DNA from: Candidatus Micrarchaeota archaeon
GTDB taxonomy: Archaea; Micrarchaeota; Micrarchaeia; Micrarchaeales; CABMGC01
Assembly: GCA_021801225.1 (NCBI GenBank)
Contig: JAJYYF010000002.1
Location: 317 to 64,316, forward strand
Direction of reading: 5' to 3'
DNA length: 64,000 bases
Below are positions 54,558-64,000 of this stretch, one piece after another; positions within the stretch are counted from its first letter, which is position 1; every line of letters begins with the position of its first letter. Both the position numbers and the translations under genes were made by a program. Below the pieces are notes generated by a model that saw nothing but the letters and a program-made list of their open reading frames with translations, did no database searches and was not told the DNA's origin.

Positions 54558-55904
54558 TTAAAAATCAGATATGCTTGATTGTTTCCCTAATTTTTTTTCT
54601 TCTGGTTTTCTAGAAAGAATATCAATTACACCAAAAATTCCATCGTAACCTGGTTTTATCTTAATGTTTCCAGAACGAATTGATTCGATTGCTTTTGAAA
54701 GTTCTGGATCTATTATTCTTATTTTTTCTATATCTGCTTTTATCAAGACATTAAACTCTGTACCAAATGTATTTAGTAGTTTTGAGTAACTGTCATAAAC
54801 TTTTTTTGTTGCTACTCCTTTTGAGTAAACATAAGATAAAACTTCTAACAAAGGAACTGCTTTTATATAACCAGGTGCTCCTTTTAGAATATAATCTTCA
54901 TCCCTATCTGCAAGCTCCTCGACTCTGTTTAAAACACCTAGAGTTAGTTTCTTTCTACATTTCGGACACAGATAATTAAATTTTTTAGCCTCTGTAGGAT
55001 TTAATGATATATTACAATTTCTATGTCCATCGTAATGATACTTGCCTTCTTCTGGAAAGAACTCAATTGTATAAGAGATTGATTTTGATTTTATGGAACT
55101 TATTAATTTGCTATATGATAACTCATCTTTTTTAAGATTTAGAACTACCGCTTCTCTTCCTAACTTTTGTGGAGAGTGTGCATCGCTTCCTGATAATAAA
55201 GCATATTTATCGTTTGAAGAGACCCGCCAGTTCATAGACGGATCACTGCTTAAACCTGTTTCTAGTGCATAGATATGTTTTGCTTGATCTTGATATGCAT
55301 CTTTTATTGAGTCGTAGCCAGATATTGAACCGAAAACACCGAACCATGGAGTCCAAGCATGAGCTGGAAATATGAATATATCTTTATTTATTGCCATTAA
55401 TTTTTCTACGAGTTCAGGAGTTGAGATATTAAGTAAAGGTCTGCCATCTAATGATAAATTCCCATATTTACTTAATTCAGAATTTATTTCTTCTACTATT
55501 TCAATACTTGGAGATAGTATACAGTTATGGACTTTTTTAATCCCTGGAGCTTTTGAAAAAATATTTTTTGAGTTTCCTTTTTCATCAAATACTGTGCATA
55601 CTTCAGTACCTAAAACAAATAATGTACCGTTACTTTGATTTTTAAGTGAGTATATCCCACCTTTTGTTTCAAGTAATTTTTCTTTTATATCTTTAAACCA
55701 TAAAGGATGAGTAAAATCTCCTGTACTGATTAAGTTGATTCCTTTTTCGATACAGGTTTGATTGATATTTTCAAATGTTAAGTTTTCACTGCATGCACCT
55801 GCATACTTAGAGTGTGTATGTAGATCAGTTATTATCTCAGTAACATTAGTAGAGGATTCAATGTCTTTTTCTTGCATTGATGTTTTTTGATTTGTCATTA
55901 TCAA
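54558..55904 (-). CDS. Endonuclease Q-like PHP-domain nuclease with zinc ribbon (COG1379)
   Basis: TDLHTHSKYAGACS, LISTGDFTHPLW, FPAHAWTPWFG, GSDAHSP PHP-type metal motifs, plus YLCPKCRKKLTLGVLNRVEELAD. Confidence 0.65.
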   Translation of the reverse strand: MIMTNQKTSMQEKDIESSTNVTEIITDLHTHSKYAGACSENLTFENINQTCIEKGINLISTGDFTHPLWFKDIKEKLLETKGGIYSLKNQSNGTLFVLGTEVCTVFDEKGNSKNIFSKAPGIKKVHNCILSPSIEIVEEINSELSKYGNLSLDGRPLLNISTPELVEKLMAINKDIFIFPAHAWTPWFGVFGSISGYDSIKDAYQDQAKHIYALETGLSSDPSMNWRVSSNDKYALLSGSDAHSPQKLGREAVVLNLKKDELSYSKLISSIKSKSISYTIEFFPEEGKYHYDGHRNCNISLNPTEAKKFNYLCPKCRKKLTLGVLNRVEELADRDEDYILKGAPGYIKAVPLLEVLSYVYSKGVATKKVYDSYSKLLNTFGTEFNVLIKADIEKIRIIDPELSKAIESIRSGNIKIKPGYDGIFGVIDILSRKPEEKKLGKQSSISDF

Positions 55905-55946
55905 ACACAGATTTACTTATTAAAATTTAAAGATTTGGACTGAAAA

Positions 55947-57245
55947 TTAAGGTACAAGACGCGTCCTGTCTCTAGGAAATAGAGCACACTCACGTATGTT
56001 GCTTGAGTTTGTAAGACGCATTACGAATCTTTCCAATCCTATCGACCAGCCAGCGTGTGGTGGTGCTCCGTTTTTAAAAGCATTAATATAAAACTCAAAA
56101 TTTTTAGGGTCATTTCCTCTTTTTAGCAGTGCTTTCTCAAGAAGCTCTGGAATGTGAATTCTTTGTGCACCGCTTGAAAGCTCTAAACCTTTATAAATGA
56201 AATCAAACGAATTAGATAAATCAGGATTCTTTTCATTAGGCATACTGTAAAAAGCTCTTATATCCGTAGGATACTCTTTAACTATTAGTAAATCTCCAAA
56301 TATTTTGCCAAGGGCTAACTCGTCTTCTTTTGAAAAATCGTTTCCATAATCAATTTTTACTCCGTTTTTATTTAACTCAGATATTGCTTTTTTATAAGTA
56401 ATTTCTTTTATTTTACTTTTAGATATCTCTACACCTAAAATTGAGAGTTCATTTGCATTTTCTTTCTTTACTGTATCTATTATTTTGCTTACTGTTTTTT
56501 TAAGCAATTTTATTACATCATTATGATCTGCAAATCCCATCTCTATATCCATTTGAGTTATCTCATTTAAATGAAATGTAGTATTGTGTTTTTCTGCTCT
56601 AAATACAGGGCTTATCATGAATACTTTATCAAAGCCTCCTATTACTGAAAGTTGTTTATAAAGCTGTGGCGACTGTGCTAAATATGCGTTTTCTTCAAAA
56701 TAATTTACCTTGAAAAGATCTGTACCGCCTTCGGTAGCTTCCTTCACTAATGAAGGAGTTCTTATCTCAATAAAACCCTCTTTTTCAATTGTTTTTCTAA
56801 ATGTTTTCAAAACTGTTGACTCTATTTTGAATATTGCTGTGCTTTGTAATCTTCTTAAATCAATATATCTATAATTTAATCGCACATCTAACTCTGCAGG
56901 AACCTTACCCGTTACCTCAAATGGTATTACACTTTGTAATGGATTAAGGTTATTTACTTCAATAGGTATTACTTCTATTCCTTTTTTAGATTGCTTATTT
57001 TCAACTACAGTGCCCGTGACTGATATGACGCTTTCCTTTGGAATTAACATTGATTTTATAACATCATCAGAAACAGAACCTTTTTTTGCAGTTATTTGTA
57101 TAATTCCTGTGTTATCTCTTAAGAGTAAAAAAACTATATTCCCTATATCTCTTACTTCGTGAACCCAGCCTGCAATTTTTACTTCTTTCCCAGAAAATGA
57201 GTTAGATAACTCTGAAACATAATTAGTTCTGTAAATATTAATCAA
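55947..57245 (-). CDS. aspS: Aspartyl-tRNA synthetase (archaeal type)
   Basis: N-terminal OB anticodon-binding domain (VKIAGWVHEVRDIGNIVFLLLRD), class II motif 2 FRAEKHNTTFHLNE, motif 3 GAPPHAGWSIGLERFVM. TTG start. Confidence 0.95.
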   Translation of the reverse strand: MINIYRTNYVSELSNSFSGKEVKIAGWVHEVRDIGNIVFLLLRDNTGIIQITAKKGSVSDDVIKSMLIPKESVISVTGTVVENKQSKKGIEVIPIEVNNLNPLQSVIPFEVTGKVPAELDVRLNYRYIDLRRLQSTAIFKIESTVLKTFRKTIEKEGFIEIRTPSLVKEATEGGTDLFKVNYFEENAYLAQSPQLYKQLSVIGGFDKVFMISPVFRAEKHNTTFHLNEITQMDIEMGFADHNDVIKLLKKTVSKIIDTVKKENANELSILGVEISKSKIKEITYKKAISELNKNGVKIDYGNDFSKEDELALGKIFGDLLIVKEYPTDIRAFYSMPNEKNPDLSNSFDFIYKGLELSSGAQRIHIPELLEKALLKRGNDPKNFEFYINAFKNGAPPHAGWSIGLERFVMRLTNSSNIRECALFPRDRTRLVP

Positions 57246-57323
57246 GTAAACACCAATATTATTTGAATAAGAAGATTTATAACAATTATTAAAAAAAGAA
57301 AAAGAAAAAGAAGAATATTAAAA

Positions 57324-57620
57324 TTACTTTGCAAGCATTATCTCTATAGAACTAACCTTCGATTTAGTACCGTCTTCATTTGAAAGTTCTTCTGATCCTA
57401 TTGCTATGCTAGATACCTTCACATCTGTTACAAATCGATTTCTTGCTATTTCGGCTACATCCACAGCTCTAGATATTGCGTTTCCTCTAGCTCTGACCTT
57501 TACATTTTTGGCACCGCTGTTGAACTGTGTTACCACAGCAAGAACGTAGTTCATTGCAGGTTTTTTACCTATTAGAACAATATTTTCGCCTGTCGTTGTT
57601 TCAATTTTTTCTTCTGCCAT
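57324..57620 (-). CDS. albA: Alba DNA/RNA-binding protein
   Basis: [51 protein letters not shown]. Confidence 0.9.
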   Translation of the reverse strand: MAEEKIETTTGENIVLIGKKPAMNYVLAVVTQFNSGAKNVKVRARGNAISRAVDVAEIARNRFVTDVKVSSIAIGSEELSNEDGTKSKVSSIEIMLAK

Positions 57621-57704
57621 GTTTTCACCATTGTATTTAGCGTAATTACCTTTAATTTTTTTAGTTATTAATATATTTAAACACGTAATTTATTTAAAGC
57701 TTTT

Positions 57705-59105
57705 TTATTAAGAGGATATTTGTACTTCTTTTGTGATATCCTCCAACGACTAAAAGTCGTTGGCTTCTAGAGTGGTTATGATTGGTCGTCATGAAATCAC
57801 TCGTGTAGTTCCTCCTTCTATGATTCTACTTGCATCCTCCTGTTGAGGTGTAGAGGTAAAATCTCCAGAGGCGTAACTTCCCCCTTGTCCAGAGGTAGAT
57901 TTGACAGTTTTGCTGTCAAAATTTGAACTCGTAGAGTTCAAAGCTCTATTGAGTATATTTATTGATGCATTTAAATCTCTGTCTTTTGACATTCCACATT
58001 TTTTACAGTTGAATGTCCTTTTAGACAAAGGCATATTTTGTATATTTCCACATTTACTACATGTTTTTGAGGTATCTTTAGGATTTACACCAACTACTAC
58101 GCAACCAGCACTTTCAGCCTTGTATTGCAGATAGTTTATGAAATTGCCCCAAGATTCTTCACCTATGCTTCTTGCAAGATTATGATTTTTCATCATATTT
58201 GCAATTTTCAGTTCCTCGTATGCAATGAATGAGTATGAATTTACAAGATTATATGATAATTTATGAAGCCAGTCTTCTTTTATACGTAGAATATGCTCAT
58301 ATTTTCTTGAAAAATTTAGAACTGCTTTTCTTCTATTATGAGAACCTTTCTTTTTTCTTGAAATTATTTTTTGAAGTTTTTTAAGTTTAATTCTGTCCTT
58401 CTTTGAAATGTGTTTATTTTGAAGAATTGAACTATCAGATAAAACAGCATATTGATCTATACCTAAATCCATGCCTACTTTAGATTTATCATTTGATACA
58501 AAAGGTTTATCCTCCTTTTCAACTGCGATGGTGACATACCATTCCTGCGACTTTGTTTTCTTTATTGTGCACGTCTTTACCTCTCTTCAATTTCTCTATG
58601 ATTCACAAAGTTTATTCTACCTACTTTCGAGAGCTCTACCTTTTTCTTCTCTATTTTAAAGCCATTAGTTTGAGGATATGTTAGAGAAGATACAAAATTT
58701 TTATATCTCGGAAATCCAACTTTTACTTTTTTTCCCTGTTTCTTTTCTTTGCATCTTCTAAAGAAATGCCTATACGCATCTGATACTCTTTTTGAAACAT
58801 TTTGTAGAACCTGTGAATGTAGTTCTGAAAATTCTGGTCTTTCCTTTTTAATCTGCGTAAGCCAAATATTCATTCTATATTCAGTTAGAGTTTTACCTGT
58901 TCCCATGTAGTAGGTTTTTGATTTTTCAAGAAGAAGATTATAGAGCTCTTTTGAAAGAAACATCTGTCTGTTCAGAGTTTCCTTCTGCTCTTTTGAAGGA
59001 TATGCACGATATTTATATGCAATTTTCATTTATCACGACCATATTTAATATATTGTTAATGTTTGTATATATTCGCTTTCATCCCACGATTAAAATCGTG
59101 GGTTT
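57705..59105 (-). mobile_element. IS200/IS605-family element, TnpB-only (IS1341-like), decayed
   Basis: Related subterminal hairpins at both ends: 59083-59102 (CCCACGATTAAAATCGTGGG) and 57743-57763 (CCAACGACTAAAAGTCGTTGG), plus a second hairpin at 57712-57743 (GAGGATAT..ATATCCTC). They enclose a split tnpB. No tnpA. Boundaries approximate. Confidence 0.75.
57789..59029 (-). pseudogene. tnpB: tnpB (RNA-guided nuclease family) interrupted by two frameshifts
   Basis: N-part 58577..59029 (MKIAYKYRAYPSKEQKETLNRQM..). The middle 35 codons are readable only in a third frame (EVKTCTIKKTKSQEWYVTIAVEKEDKP). C-part 57789..58472 has RuvC D (MDLGID), E (YEELKI), a zinc finger CSKCG..CKKCG and DRDLNASINI. 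Confidence 0.8.
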
Positions 59106-59110
59106 TCTCG

Positions 59111-59707
59111 CTATGATTTTATAAGAGGTTTTCTTGAAAAAACTAAGTATGCAGTATGCCATACTCCTTTTGTTGAGGGACGCATTCCTTCTTTTCTAAC
59201 TAGTATATCTCTAAGTATACACTCTACTATATATGGTTCCTCGAAACTCATCATAGATAATTTTTTACAGTACTTTATTACCTGTTCTGCATGAGGTATG
59301 TATGCAACAACAGTACCGCCTGGTTTTAATGATTTTTTAACAGTTTTAAGTGCTTTTTCAGAACTAGGAAGATCAAGAGTAAAAATATCTACATTTTTTT
59401 CAGAAATGTTTTTTGTTATATCGCCTATCTTTAAGGTTACATTTTTAAGATTTAGTAAGGAAATATTTTTTTCAGCTATTTTTGAGAACTCCTCTCTAAT
59501 ATCATAAGAATAGACATGTTTTGCAATTAAACCTAACGAGACTGTTAACCAACCACTTCCTGTCCCAGCATCGACGCAGATAGAGTCTTTATTTACTCCA
59601 GAATAGGCAATTATTATGCCTATATCCTTAGGAAGAATTACCTGTGGGCCTCTTTTTAATTTTTTATACATTGTGGGATAAATAAACATTTTTCTCATAA
59701 AAATCAA
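59111..59707 (-). CDS. trmI: tRNA (adenine-N1)-methyltransferase, TrmI/Gcd14-like
   Basis: RGPQVILPKDIGIIIAYSGV followed by SAM-binding VDAGTGSGWLTVSL and a class I MTase fold. Its stop lies 3 nt from the approximate IS boundary (59105) and 9 nt from the left-end hairpin (59083-59102). Confidence 0.7.
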   Translation of the reverse strand: MIFMRKMFIYPTMYKKLKRGPQVILPKDIGIIIAYSGVNKDSICVDAGTGSGWLTVSLGLIAKHVYSYDIREEFSKIAEKNISLLNLKNVTLKIGDITKNISEKNVDIFTLDLPSSEKALKTVKKSLKPGGTVVAYIPHAEQVIKYCKKLSMMSFEEPYIVECILRDILVRKEGMRPSTKGVWHTAYLVFSRKPLIKS

Positions 59708-59718
59708 TTGATTATCAA

Positions 59719-61191
59719 TTAGCTAATTAATCCTAAAATATCGACTGATGGCATCTGACCGTCAGGTGGATATACCCGTGTTCGAACCCAGTCCGCTGTT
59801 ACCGTAACGCCACTACCACTTTGACTGACAAGCCATATCTGTGCAGGTGAAGTAAGATATGTTGTGCCGCTTATTAAATTACTATAATCATACTCACTAC
59901 TTAACAAACCATTAGTTGGTATTATTAAACTCCAAACATGGTATTCGGAACTTGAAGGTTGTGTTGGGAAATCAAAACTATAGGGAGTATTAGGATATTG
60001 AGTTGAACCATAACCAGTTATTGCAGTTGCTGCGCCGGTTTCATATGATGGATCTATGGCAATACCTCCAAAGAAACAGCTTTCAGATACTGCACCCCTA
60101 GTTATTAAAGCATACATATCAATTACGTTTCCATCTCCAAAGCTTTGTGATGTTATAATGGAGTTATAAGGTCCTAATGATATTTGATTATCAACATTTA
60201 CATTATCACCCCCACAGTTGGTGTAATCCTGCCATTTATTAGCGTTAAGTGTAGTTCCTGCAAAGTTATCGTAAAAATTAAACACATCTCCACCATTATC
60301 ATACTGCGCGTAAGAGGTCTGGAAACAACCGCTTGAACAGTAAAGTTGCGGTGCGTAACCTGTATAACCAGATAACACGGGATTTTTGTTAGCAAAAAAG
60401 TTCATGTAGATAATCTGTGTTCCTCCGTTAGATGTTATTCCAGCTGGAAGCTTAAGCCAAATTACTGCTGATGTTGCAGTATTACTTGCGCCGCTTTCTA
60501 TCCACGAATATATTGGAGAACCGCTACCATACTCACCAGTAGTAAACTCTAGATTACTTAAGTTTGCGTTTAGTCCGTACTGCGCATAACTCGATGGGTT
60601 TATTACTATTTCTTGTTGAAAGCCTTGATAAACTGGTTGTGATGTCGTATCAATTAACTTAATTGCAACTGTATTAAGATTACTTGGATTCCCATTAGTT
60701 AAAATTTGTTGAGTAGTAGTTACAGGAAGTATTAATGATCCTACCGCAAGTTCAGTCAGATGAGTTATTGCATCTTTATAATATATTGCTATCGAACCAT
60801 GAAAGTATGAGCCTAAATTTCCAGAAAATTCGTTATTTTGTGAAGAGAAACATTGAACATAAAATGTAGTTGATGAACCAACAGGCATGAATACTTGATT
60901 AGATGGAGGGTTATAAGGAGCTTGACCAGCAAGAAGTGTTCCATTTTCATAACACGCTATCCCAGTTATGTTAACTGGGTGGCTAGTTTGTTGATTTAAT
61001 GTAAAGGCTAAAACTCCTTGACTATTAAGAGTATAACCAGAACAACTAAAACCAGCTTCTATGATACATTGAGTATCTGGTTTAGGCGTAAAAATTCCTA
61101 ACTCAAATAATGTAACTAAAGCTACAGCTATTATTAATATTGCCCAACCATAAGTGGTTAAGTACTCAAGTGCACTTTGGAGCTTTAACAT
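59719..61191 (-). CDS. Surface protein: class III signal peptide/pilin-like N-module plus DUF2341-like domain plus extra C-terminal beta-rich domain (inverted paralog of 53137..54537)
   Basis: MLKLQSALEYLTTYGWAILIIAVALVTLFELGIF. QQEIVINPSSYAQYGLNANLSNLEFT..PIYSWIESGAS..AVIWLKLPAGITSNGGTQIIYMNFFANKNP. TGYAPQLYCSSGCFQTSYAQYDNGGDVF. Confidence 0.7.
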   Translation of the reverse strand: MLKLQSALEYLTTYGWAILIIAVALVTLFELGIFTPKPDTQCIIEAGFSCSGYTLNSQGVLAFTLNQQTSHPVNITGIACYENGTLLAGQAPYNPPSNQVFMPVGSSTTFYVQCFSSQNNEFSGNLGSYFHGSIAIYYKDAITHLTELAVGSLILPVTTTQQILTNGNPSNLNTVAIKLIDTTSQPVYQGFQQEIVINPSSYAQYGLNANLSNLEFTTGEYGSGSPIYSWIESGASNTATSAVIWLKLPAGITSNGGTQIIYMNFFANKNPVLSGYTGYAPQLYCSSGCFQTSYAQYDNGGDVFNFYDNFAGTTLNANKWQDYTNCGGDNVNVDNQISLGPYNSIITSQSFGDGNVIDMYALITRGAVSESCFFGGIAIDPSYETGAATAITGYGSTQYPNTPYSFDFPTQPSSSEYHVWSLIIPTNGLLSSEYDYSNLISGTTYLTSPAQIWLVSQSGSGVTVTADWVRTRVYPPDGQMPSVDILGLIS

Positions 61192-61209
61192 GAATATACC
61201 TATTACTTA

Positions 61210-61692
61210 TTATCTTATAAATCTTCCATTTTGAATTCCTAGACATGCTTCTTTGAATGATGATTTTTTGATGACAAGTGCCTTTATCTCGTCTATATAC
61301 TCGATATTATTTTTTCTTGCCATTCTTTCAATTTGATTTAATTTATTTGAATATGCATTGTAAGCCGTAATTGCAGCTGTTAAGGCATCTCTTTCATGTA
61401 AAGTAGATACATTATTATTTGATAAAAATGTATCCTTTTTTTCTACACTTATATCGTATTTAGGAGTAAACAAAACAGAGTCAAAAATAGCTGCCAACTT
61501 TGCAACAGTTTGATTAGCTCTTTTTTTATCAGTAGCTATTATAACTGGAGAGCCTAACTCTTTTATTTTGTCTACAAACCAACGTATGCCTACATATTTC
61601 ATAGTAATACTTCCGATTACACGGCCATTTAAATCAACACCGGCTATTGATGAGGCCTTACCTGTATCTATGCCAACTATTATATGACGCAT
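61210..61692 (-). CDS. DUF460/COG2433 RNase H-fold (RuvC/YqgF-like) putative nuclease, short form
   Basis: IIVGIDTGKASSIAGVDLNGRV..GSPVIIATDKKRANQTVAKLAAIFDSVLFTPKYDISVEKK..LHERDALTAAITAYNAY matches the DUF460 N-terminal domain pattern. Confidence 0.65.
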   Translation of the reverse strand: MRHIIVGIDTGKASSIAGVDLNGRVIGSITMKYVGIRWFVDKIKELGSPVIIATDKKRANQTVAKLAAIFDSVLFTPKYDISVEKKDTFLSNNNVSTLHERDALTAAITAYNAYSNKLNQIERMARKNNIEYIDEIKALVIKKSSFKEACLGIQNGRFIR

Positions 61693-61696
61693 TGAC

Positions 61697-62770
61697 TCAG
61701 CAGTTCATACTTTTTATAGAACATAATGTTTGATATGCAGTTTGTGGTATTGCTTGATATTTACAACCTATTATTACAGAAGAACTTGAGGTTACATTGT
61801 AGTAATCTGCAAGAACAGATTGTCTGTTTATAACTGTTTGTGAAGAAGAGATACACTGAGTTAATTGGGATATATTTAACTCAGAATTTTTAGCTATTGA
61901 GTTCAGTTCATTTGGAGAGACGTATTGATTTTGATAGCTTGCATTTAGAGTAAATACAAATTTATTGAAGTTTGGTTGTTTTGATGAACAGAAAAGATAC
62001 TTGCCGATTAATGTAGCGTTCTGAAGACCGTACTGATTTGCAACTTCTTGTGATGACTGTGTATATAAAATATCTATCTCTGGAGCTACTGTTGTATTGA
62101 ACTTATTTTGTATATTCTCCAAGTATGACAAACCTGAGATACTTCCAGCAGCATACGGATCTATAAACCAGTAGATTGGCGTAGAGTTGCTAGTTATACA
62201 AGAGGTCTTGTTCAGTAATGATATATATCCATAACCAGAAACTGAATTTTTAGATGACAGTGTGGGTTTTATTGTTTGAACAGAAGGCAATATCTGAGTA
62301 ACATTAAGGTCATTTATTATTGCTGAAAATATAAATGTAGAATTAGTATTAAGGTATTTTTCAGGCACTGTTAATATCCATGTTTTTGTATTTGGTGAGT
62401 AGTATTCTTTTATCTGATTAACCTCAGATGTATAGGGTATTACTGACAAAGATGTATTCGTATAGGTATAACTTGCTAAAAAGTTTTCAAATATTTTTTT
62501 AATTTGAGTTGCGTTATGTAAAGGAGTTATACATGAGTTATTAGAGTAACCATATTGACAATTAGTTAAATTTAATGTTTGATTTGATGAACTTTGATTT
62601 GTTAATACAATTATTGATTGTTTTGCATATGTAATGTATAATAAAATAATTAAAGCGAGTACTAGCAGTATGATTAGAGTAATGTGTATTCCATCAAGAC
62701 CTCCTAACTTACCTAAGGGTTTTATAACCACGCTTGGTTCTTTTATTTTTTTATTTTGATTTTTTGCCAA
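61697..62770 (-). CDS. N-terminally anchored extracytoplasmic protein, possible degenerate DsbA/thioredoxin-like domain
   Basis: TM GIHITLIILLVLALIILLYI. The C-terminal half PIYWFIDPYAAGSIS..LFCSSKQPNFNKFVFTL..SPNELNSIAKNSELNISQLTQCISS..VIIGCKY resembles the DsbA-like (Thioredoxin_4) layout, but the CxxC position reads YAAG. Confidence 0.35.
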   Translation of the reverse strand: MAKNQNKKIKEPSVVIKPLGKLGGLDGIHITLIILLVLALIILLYITYAKQSIIVLTNQSSSNQTLNLTNCQYGYSNNSCITPLHNATQIKKIFENFLASYTYTNTSLSVIPYTSEVNQIKEYYSPNTKTWILTVPEKYLNTNSTFIFSAIINDLNVTQILPSVQTIKPTLSSKNSVSGYGYISLLNKTSCITSNSTPIYWFIDPYAAGSISGLSYLENIQNKFNTTVAPEIDILYTQSSQEVANQYGLQNATLIGKYLFCSSKQPNFNKFVFTLNASYQNQYVSPNELNSIAKNSELNISQLTQCISSSQTVINRQSVLADYYNVTSSSSVIIGCKYQAIPQTAYQTLCSIKSMNC

Positions 62771-62793
62771 CTTAACACCTTATTAATATAAAC

Positions 62794-62867
62794 GGGTCTG
62801 ACGGGATTTGAACCCGTGACCTTCGCCTTAGGACGGCGCCGCTCTATCCAAACTGAGCTACAGACCC
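62794..62867 (-). tRNA. tRNA-Arg (anticodon CCU)
   Basis: Reverse complement GGGTCTG TA GCTC AGTTTGGATA GAGC G GCGCC GTCCTAA GGCGA AGGTC ACGGG TTCAAAT CCCGT CAGACCC. 74 nt; all stems pair except one G-A at the base of the anticodon stem. No encoded CCA. Confidence 0.8.
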
Positions 62868-62885
62868 TCCTAATTTTAATTTTTA

Positions 62886-64000
<1,115 letters not shown>

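Noticed and set aside
58471-59124. Plus-strand ORFs 58471..58659 and 58918..59124, and 57901..58134
   Set aside because: They are antisense to the tnpB fragments within the IS element and have no independent support.

Overview
AT-rich (roughly 30% G+C by eye) archaeal chromosomal window, densely coded: about 60 protein genes, 2 tRNAs and one decayed IS200/IS605-type element. It is archaeal because it carries RFC small subunit, aEF-2, r-proteins L7Ae/S28e/L24e/L30e, Alba, a UbiA/DGGGP-synthase-like prenyltransferase, the HMG-CoA synthase/thiolase/DUF35 trio, class III (type IV pilin-like) signal peptides and an intron-containing tRNA. The lineage cannot be fixed without a database search. The small-genome style, Asn/Lys/Ile-rich proteins and QSAMEYL-type pilin N-termini suggest a DPANN (Parv-/Micrarchaeota-like) or Thermoplasmata-related organism. 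Core blocks: a 4-gene 2-oxoacid dehydrogenase operon (E1a-E1b-E2-E3) followed by NAD kinase; RFC-S; LeuRS; a fused r-protein/EF-2 operon (L30e-S12-S7-EF2-L7Ae-S28e-L24e); ThiI; the mevalonate-entry trio; AspRS; Alba; TrmI; ArgRS (partial). Accessory content worth a second look: (1) four large surface proteins share a conserved pilin-like N-terminal module fused to different cargo domains (InlB-B-type repeats, YVTN beta-propeller, DUF2341). Two are inverted paralogs with near-identical DNA tracts flanking a 5-kb segment. (2) At 24-27.4 kb, a birth-and-death array of GGF-motif/hexapeptide-repeat (YdcK-like) genes is rebuilt on one repeated ~85-bp promoter-leader module, and is followed by a 0.9-kb gene-less tract holding at least one decayed family fragment. 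(3) A tail-anchored DAC (c-di-AMP cyclase-like) protein has a degenerate RHR motif. (4) An extracytoplasmic Lon/S16-like protease lies divergent to a pilin-like gene. (5) tRNA-Gln has a D-loop intron. (6) A TnpB pseudogene has two frameshifts and intact terminal hairpins. No CRISPR array, rRNA or recognisable defence system was seen. All domain calls come from motif recognition by eye and need HMM confirmation. Many ORF-track starts are TTG or upstream-most codons, so 5' ends are approximate.
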